From assembly GCA_050633305.1 (NCBI GenBank), contig JBOEGF010000021.1:1-64000 (forward strand): DNA of 64,000 nucleotides. Direction: 5' to 3'. Source of the DNA: Nannocystales bacterium (lineage in GTDB: Bacteria; Myxococcota_A; Polyangia; Nannocystales; Nannocystaceae). Below the pieces are notes generated by a model, which did not search any database, had not been told where the DNA came from, and saw only the letters and a list, made by a program, of their open reading frames with translations. Made by a program: the position numbers and the translations under genes. This document shows, piece by piece, positions 59,043-64,000 of this stretch (position 1 is the first letter of the stretch; the number at the start of each line of letters is the position of its first letter).

Positions 59043-61211
59043 TTACTCGAGTTCCCAATGATAGACGCCGCCGAGGGCCGTCGAGACGGCGACGGTGTGG
59101 CTCTTCGTGAGGTCGACGGACCTCACCGGGTAGGCGGTCGGCTCGAACGATACGAGTTGCGGCATGGACGGGTCGCTGATGTCCACGATGTCGAGTCCAT
59201 AGCCGTGGCCTAGGTAGGCTCGGTCGCCATCGATGGCGGCATCGTGCGTCAGGTAGATCTCCCCGTTCTCGAAGGTTGAGAGCAGTGTGGGGGCGGTCGG
59301 GTCGTCAACGTCGACGACGTGGAAACTGCTCGAACACGCGACGATGGCGGTGCCTTGCTCGATGGCGACGCCCGAGGCGTGGGAACAGTCGGGGTGGGTG
59401 TAGTGACCGATGATGGTCGGCGTGTTTGGGTCGCTGATGTCGACGATCCGCATGCCGCCGACGCCGAACGTGGAGCCGTCGGCGAGGAACGCGAGGTCGC
59501 CATGGATCTCAATGTCGAAGGTCTGGCTGGTTGCGAGGGTGGAGACGAGCTGCGGTGAGGTCGGGTCGGAGATGTCGACAACCCGCAGCGCGCCTCCGTT
59601 GGTGGACTCGGCAACGTAGGCGTAGTCTCCGGCGACGGCCACCGCTGACGGAAAGCCTCCGGTGCTGACGAACCCTGCATGCGCGGGCACGGAAGGGTTG
59701 CTGATGTCGTAGACGTGCAGGCCGGAACTCCAGTCCGCGAGGTAGGCGTAGTCTCCCGAGACAGCGACGCCTTCGACCCCGGGTTGGTCTCCGGGCACCT
59801 CCATGCGACCGATGACCTCGAGGGTTGCAGCATCGAGGATGCGCCCGCCGAAGTAGAAGTCTGCGACCAACACGTGCTCGCCCGACACGACAGCGTCGGT
59901 ACAGTCGACACACCCCGGCGTTTCGAGCTCGTCGTCCACCGACGCGTCGCCAGAGACGTCGATGGCGAGCAGCCGGCCCAGCTCGGTCATCAGTACCAAC
60001 TCTCCGGAGCCGACGCCGGCGGCGGTTGTTCTTCCGGTTGGGAGGGGGACGACGGCGGACATCGTCACGGCGTCCGTGTCCGACCAGTCGAGCATCGAGA
60101 GGCCGTCTTCGTGGGGGAGGAATCCGCGCGAACCGTCGACAGCGACCTCGCGGGAGTAGGTCTTGTCCGTGAACAGCGAGGTCGGCAGGTTGATCTCCGA
60201 GACATCGTAGAGAGTGGTTCCGAACCCGCCGCTGGTCACCAGTTGGTCGTCCTGCGTGAACTCCATTCCGATCGGCGTCGAGACGCTCGACAGGCCCAGG
60301 AATGCCAGCGCGTTCGTTCGGTCGAGAGCGCCGACCGAGGTGCCGATGAAGCCGCCCAGCGCGAAGTAGAGTCGGTCTCCGACTGGTTGAATGTGATAGA
60401 TGCCGAACTCTCCGAGCTGGTTGAGGACCACCGGAGCGGTGGGGTCGGTGAGGTCGAACTCAAACACGCCGGCTTCGGTGTCCGACAAGAAGAGACGATC
60501 GCCGTCGATGGCGACGTCTTCGGGGCGACGGTACGCGCTCGCCGTGTAGGTGATCGTGTCGACCACTGAAGGGGCGCTGGGATCGGAGACGTCGACAACA
60601 TGCAGGCGGCCGTCGAGGTCTTGGTATTCCACCACGTAGGCCAACTCGCCTTGGACGGCGACGGCGTTCACCACCCCGACAAACGGGTCGGTCTCGCCGA
60701 GTTTGGTGACGTTGCTGGGGTCGCTGAGGTCCCAGAGTGTGAGGCGGGGGCCCTGCGCTGCAAACGCGATGCTGCCCTCGACCTGCATGTCGCGAGGTTG
60801 GCCGCCCGCATGTTCGACCTCGACGACCCAGTCGGGTTCCCCCCCCGTGCCGTCGGTGTCGCCGCCCGTCGTACTCTCGTCTCCGCCAGAGGTCGTGTCG
60901 TCGGCGCCGCCCGTAGAGGTCGTGTCGTCAGCGCCACTCCCTGACGTCGTGGTCTCTCCGCCAGTGCCGGAGGTGGTCCCGTCTGTGGTGCCACCTGCCG
61001 TGCTTCCCGATACGCTTCCGCTGGCCGCTGTGGGGTCACCGGTGCCTGTTTCCGCCGCGCCGCCGGACGTTTCACCGTCCGTCTCCCCCATACCCGCCGT
61101 GGCTTCGTCGTCGCCACATGCTGCCAGTGAGGTGGCGAGCGGCGCCGCAATCAGGAGCTGTCCGAGGAGGAGGTTGGGATTGGGGAACGGATTCAAGCGA
61201 TTGCGCAACAT
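59043..61211 (-). CDS. LVIVD-repeat lipoprotein
   Basis: Lipobox LAA-C; many V.G.YAY...GL.VVDISDP..P repeats. Confidence 0.88.
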   Translation of the reverse strand: MLRNRLNPFPNPNLLLGQLLIAAPLATSLAACGDDEATAGMGETDGETSGGAAETGTGDPTAASGSVSGSTAGGTTDGTTSGTGGETTTSGSGADDTTSTGGADDTTSGGDESTTGGDTDGTGGEPDWVVEVEHAGGQPRDMQVEGSIAFAAQGPRLTLWDLSDPSNVTKLGETDPFVGVVNAVAVQGELAYVVEYQDLDGRLHVVDVSDPSAPSVVDTITYTASAYRRPEDVAIDGDRLFLSDTEAGVFEFDLTDPTAPVVLNQLGEFGIYHIQPVGDRLYFALGGFIGTSVGALDRTNALAFLGLSSVSTPIGMEFTQDDQLVTSGGFGTTLYDVSEINLPTSLFTDKTYSREVAVDGSRGFLPHEDGLSMLDWSDTDAVTMSAVVPLPTGRTTAAGVGSGELVLMTELGRLLAIDVSGDASVDDELETPGCVDCTDAVVSGEHVLVADFYFGGRILDAATLEVIGRMEVPGDQPGVEGVAVSGDYAYLADWSSGLHVYDISNPSVPAHAGFVSTGGFPSAVAVAGDYAYVAESTNGGALRVVDISDPTSPQLVSTLATSQTFDIEIHGDLAFLADGSTFGVGGMRIVDISDPNTPTIIGHYTHPDCSHASGVAIEQGTAIVACSSSFHVVDVDDPTAPTLLSTFENGEIYLTHDAAIDGDRAYLGHGYGLDIVDISDPSMPQLVSFEPTAYPVRSVDLTKSHTVAVSTALGGVYHWELE

Positions 61212-61414
61212 GGGGAGACCCTCGTTTGTCGAGAAGACGAAGGCTGAGGCGGTTCGATCACTCCCGTCGCCAGAAAAAAGAAAGAGTGCGCGATTTGCAC
61301 CCCCCAGCAGTGATCGGTTCCTGTTGTTGAGCGTCATCTCCGGCGATGGATGTCGGTGATCCACGCCCCAGCCCCCCGGGCTACACTGCTTGCGAGCCAG
61401 AGTTTCCCGTCTCT

Positions 61415-64000
61415 ATGGAGGAGCGAGCCGCAAACGCATCCGATCTCGACCGCGGTGACGTTCTTCCGCTGCGGAAGATGCTCGAGCAGAGGGCCCGCGA
61501 TCAATCTGAACTCGCCCTGGCCGAGGCGACACTTGCTCGCGAGTCGGTCCGCAATCGGCTGTTCAACACCGACGCGTCGAACAAGATCGACCGGTACTCG
61601 GTGATCAAGCGTATCGGTCGTGGTGCGATGGGCTCGGTCTACCTCGCCTACGACGGTCATCTCGACCGCAAGGTCGCGCTGAAGATCATCCGCCGGGCTT
61701 CCGAGGACGACAACGCGTCGCGGAACCTGCTCGAGGCACGGGCGATGGCCCGCGTCAAACACCCGGCCGTTGTCGGGATCTTTGACGTGGGGCGATTCGA
61801 CCGGTGGCTGTTCTTGGCGATGGAGTATGTCGGCGGCCTGAGCGTCCGGCAGTGGCTCTCCGAAGCTCGACGTGACTGGAGGGAGATCGCGGAACACTTC
61901 GCGTTCGTCGGCGACGGACTCGCAGCCGCGCACCGGGCAGGAATGTCCCACGGGGACATTAAACTCGATAACCTGCGTTTCAGCAGCGCAGGCAAACTTC
62001 GTGTGTTGGACTTTGGGCTGGCGCGTTTCGCCGAGCAGTCCGACGGTGAGGCTGGTACGGCAGGGGGGACGTTGGGCTACATGGCCCCCGAGTTGCTTGC
62101 GGGGCAGCGCCCGGGTGGGTTGAGCGACCAGTTTGCGTTCTGTGTGAGCCTTTGGGAGGCGCTCTCGGGCGAGCGACCGTTTCCCGGTCGAAGTGTCGCG
62201 GAGCAGCGAGTGTTTCATCGCGCCAAGCTTCCGGAGCTGCGTGTGTCCGGTGTGGGCAGCTCCGCACTACGAAACTGCCTGCGGCGTGGCTTGGCCAGGT
62301 CTCCGGAGTCTCGTTATCCCAACATGGACCAGCTGCTCGAAGTACTCGGTGCGTCGATTCGTCAGCAGCGGCGGGTCCGACGTACCGCGTCTGTGGCGGC
62401 TGTCGTGGGGGCCTCGATCGGGGTGACCTCGCTCGTTGTGGCGAGGGACGAGCGCCCCTCGTGCGAAGATGTCGCGTCGCTCGAGCACCAGCTTTGGACT
62501 GCCGACGAACGCTCGGCCGTGGCGGGGGCGTTTCTCGGGGATGCCGAACGTCGGACCGACGGTCGTGGTCGGCGGTTGCTGGCGGCACTCGACACGTACG
62601 CACATCGCTGGGCCGTCCGCTCGAATGAGAGTTGCGAGGCTCGCGATGGGGATGAGGACGCGGCCTCCGCCGAGCTCCTTCAGCTGCGCGTCTCGTGTCT
62701 GGAGGGCGCGAGGACCGGATTCCGGGCGCTGGTCGGGGCGCTCGGCGAGTTGGAGCCCGACGGTGGCCGGCAGATGCTGATGCGCAGCGGTGACGTGACC
62801 GGGGCGCTCGCGGACCCTGCGGCGTGCAGCGACGCGAGCGTGGTCATGTCGCTCGGGGCACCCGCTTCGGACGCTCAGCGAGACGACGTGATCAGCGTGA
62901 GCACCGACCTCACGCTGGCGGAGGTGTACCGGCGCTTGGGCAATCTCGAGCTCGCATCGGAGTTGACCGCGACCGCGCTCGAAGAGGCGGACGCGCTCCG
63001 TCACCCCCCGCTGCAGGCCGCGGGATATTTGGCGCGGGGCCTGCTCCTCGCAGATACCGGAGACATCGAAGCATCGGCGTCTCACCTCCGAATCTCGTTG
63101 GGCCACGCCCTGCGCGGGCAGGACAACGAGACGGCGGCAAAGGCGGCCGAGCAGTTGGCTCACATCGTCGGTTACGAACTCGCGCGGCCGACCGAAGGCG
63201 AACACTGGCTCTGGATCGCAGAGGAGATTCGCTTGGGTCTTCCCGCAGAGGCTCGGGACACGGCTGCGATCAACTCCATCCGGGCGGCGATCCAGGTTCG
63301 CGCCGGTGACTATGAGGACGCGGTCGTCTCGTACACGCAAGCGATCGCCGACACGAGACGGACGAACGAAGCCAAGCAGCAGGACTCGAGTAGCGATCCT
63401 CTCCTGGCAACACTGCACAACAACCTTGGCAGTGCGCTGAGTCTGTTGGGCCGAGAAGGGCGAGCGCGACGCCACTTCGCGAGCGCGCTCGATATCCGGC
63501 TTCGGGCGTTGGGCAATGACCACCCGCTGGTCGGGTCCGCGTTACGAAACCTGGGGACCGCAGAGATGGAGGCAGGAGAAACCTCCGCCGCGCAGGAACA
63601 CCTCGAGCAGGCGCTGGCCATCCAGGAGCGCGCCTATGGACCGGACAGCCTGCGCACGGTCTATACGTTGACCTCGCTCTCGCGTCTGCACTGCCGCGCG
63701 GAGGAGTTCGAGGTGGGCTTGTCACTCGCGTCTCGGGGGTTGGCGTTGCAGCGCCGTGAGCTCGGCGGTGACCATCCCGTCACCGGAGAGTGTCTGGCTG
63801 TCCTCGCGCATTGCCAGATCGGCGCGGGCCGGCTCGACCTCGCGCGGACCGTACTGGTCGAGCTTTCGGGCGTGACCGAGGCCCACCCGGACGATTGGCA
63901 TCTGCAGATTCGTTCGCTCGACCTGCGGGCAGCGGTGAGCATGGCCGAGGGGAGCTACGCCGCGGCCGCGGAGACCTACGATTCCGTCGCCGCACGGTGG
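61415..64000 (+). CDS. Ser/Thr protein kinase with TM segment and TPR repeats, 3' truncated by the window
   Basis: Hand-translated: IGRGAMGSVY, VALK, HGDIKLDN, DFG, GTLGYMAPE, SDQFAFC; later HNNLG...ALDIR..ALG.DHP TPR repeats. Alternative start at 61346. Confidence 0.92.
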   Translation, partial: MEERAANASDLDRGDVLPLRKMLEQRARDQSELALAEATLARESVRNRLFNTDASNKIDRYSVIKRIGRGAMGSVYLAYDGHLDRKVALKIIRRASEDDNASRNLLEARAMARVKHPAVVGIFDVGRFDRWLFLAMEYVGGLSVRQWLSEARRDWREIAEHFAFVGDGLAAAHRAGMSHGDIKLDNLRFSSAGKLRVLDFGLARFAEQSDGEAGTAGGTLGYMAPELLAGQRPGGLSDQFAFCVSLWEALSGERPFPGRSVAEQRVFHRAKLPELRVSGVGSSALRNCLRRGLARSPESRYPNMDQLLEVLGASIRQQRRVRRTASVAAVVGASIGVTSLVVARDERPSCEDVASLEHQLWTADERSAVAGAFLGDAERRTDGRGRRLLAALDTYAHRWAVRSNESCEARDGDEDAASAELLQLRVSCLEGARTGFRALVGALGELEPDGGRQMLMRSGDVTGALADPAACSDASVVMSLGAPASDAQRDDVISVSTDLTLAEVYRRLGNLELASELTATALEEADALRHPPLQAAGYLARGLLLADTGDIEASASHLRISLGHALRGQDNETAAKAAEQLAHIVGYELARPTEGEHWLWIAEEIRLGLPAEARDTAAINSIRAAIQVRAGDYEDAVVSYTQAIADTRRTNEAKQQDSSSDPLLATLHNNLGSALSLLGREGRARRHFASALDIRLRALGNDHPLVGSALRNLGTAEMEAGETSAAQEHLEQALAIQERAYGPDSLRTVYTLTSLSRLHCRAEEFEVGLSLASRGLALQRRELGGDHPVTGECLAVLAHCQIGAGRLDLARTVLVELSGVTEAHPDDWHLQIRSLDLRAAVSMAEGSYAAAAETYDSVAARW

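Noticed and set aside
61945..61975. Kinase catalytic loop HGDIKLDN instead of HRDxKPxN
   Set aside because: The catalytic Asp, Lys and Asn and the DFG motif are intact; non-RD variants are common, so it is not a pseudokinase.

Overview
GC-rich bacterial DNA, very likely from a myxobacterium (Nannocystaceae-like; inferred from two MYXO-CTERM proteins, many Cys-rich Ser/Thr/Gly-linker lipoproteins and a kinase-TPR protein). The first 3.3 kb is an accessory, decaying region. It holds the left end of an IS3-family element and a lower-GC two-gene cassette encoding a Cys-rich prepropeptide-like protein, flanked by a 72-bp direct repeat and followed by gene remnants. Next come a divergent Ham1/ITPase, an aldehyde dehydrogenase lacking its catalytic residues, a surface-anchored pentaheme cytochrome and a CRTAC1-like protein. 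The best candidate for an undescribed system is a two-gene unit at 10-14.6 kb: an HSP90/GHKL ATPase with a membrane-bracketed transglutaminase-like domain, plus a degenerate HSP90-like paralog. The middle holds a complete cbb3 oxidase cluster (ccoNO-Q-P-G-H-dsbD2-I-S) with three USPs, a CBS protein and a CDF transporter, and a GCA-N5-TGC motif recurs upstream of four of these units. Further along are a P450 resembling animal CYP7A1, recQ, a hipBA pair whose toxin has a catalytic Asp-to-Asn change, and a lipoprotein/beta-barrel/ECF-anti-sigma fusion module. The window ends with a ~1700-aa SLC12-like transporter fused to a P-loop ATPase (coupled to an MscS-like gene), an LVIVD lipoprotein and a Ser/Thr kinase-TPR gene that runs off the edge. 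No rRNA, tRNA or CRISPR array was seen. All calls come from reading motifs by eye; no database searches were run.
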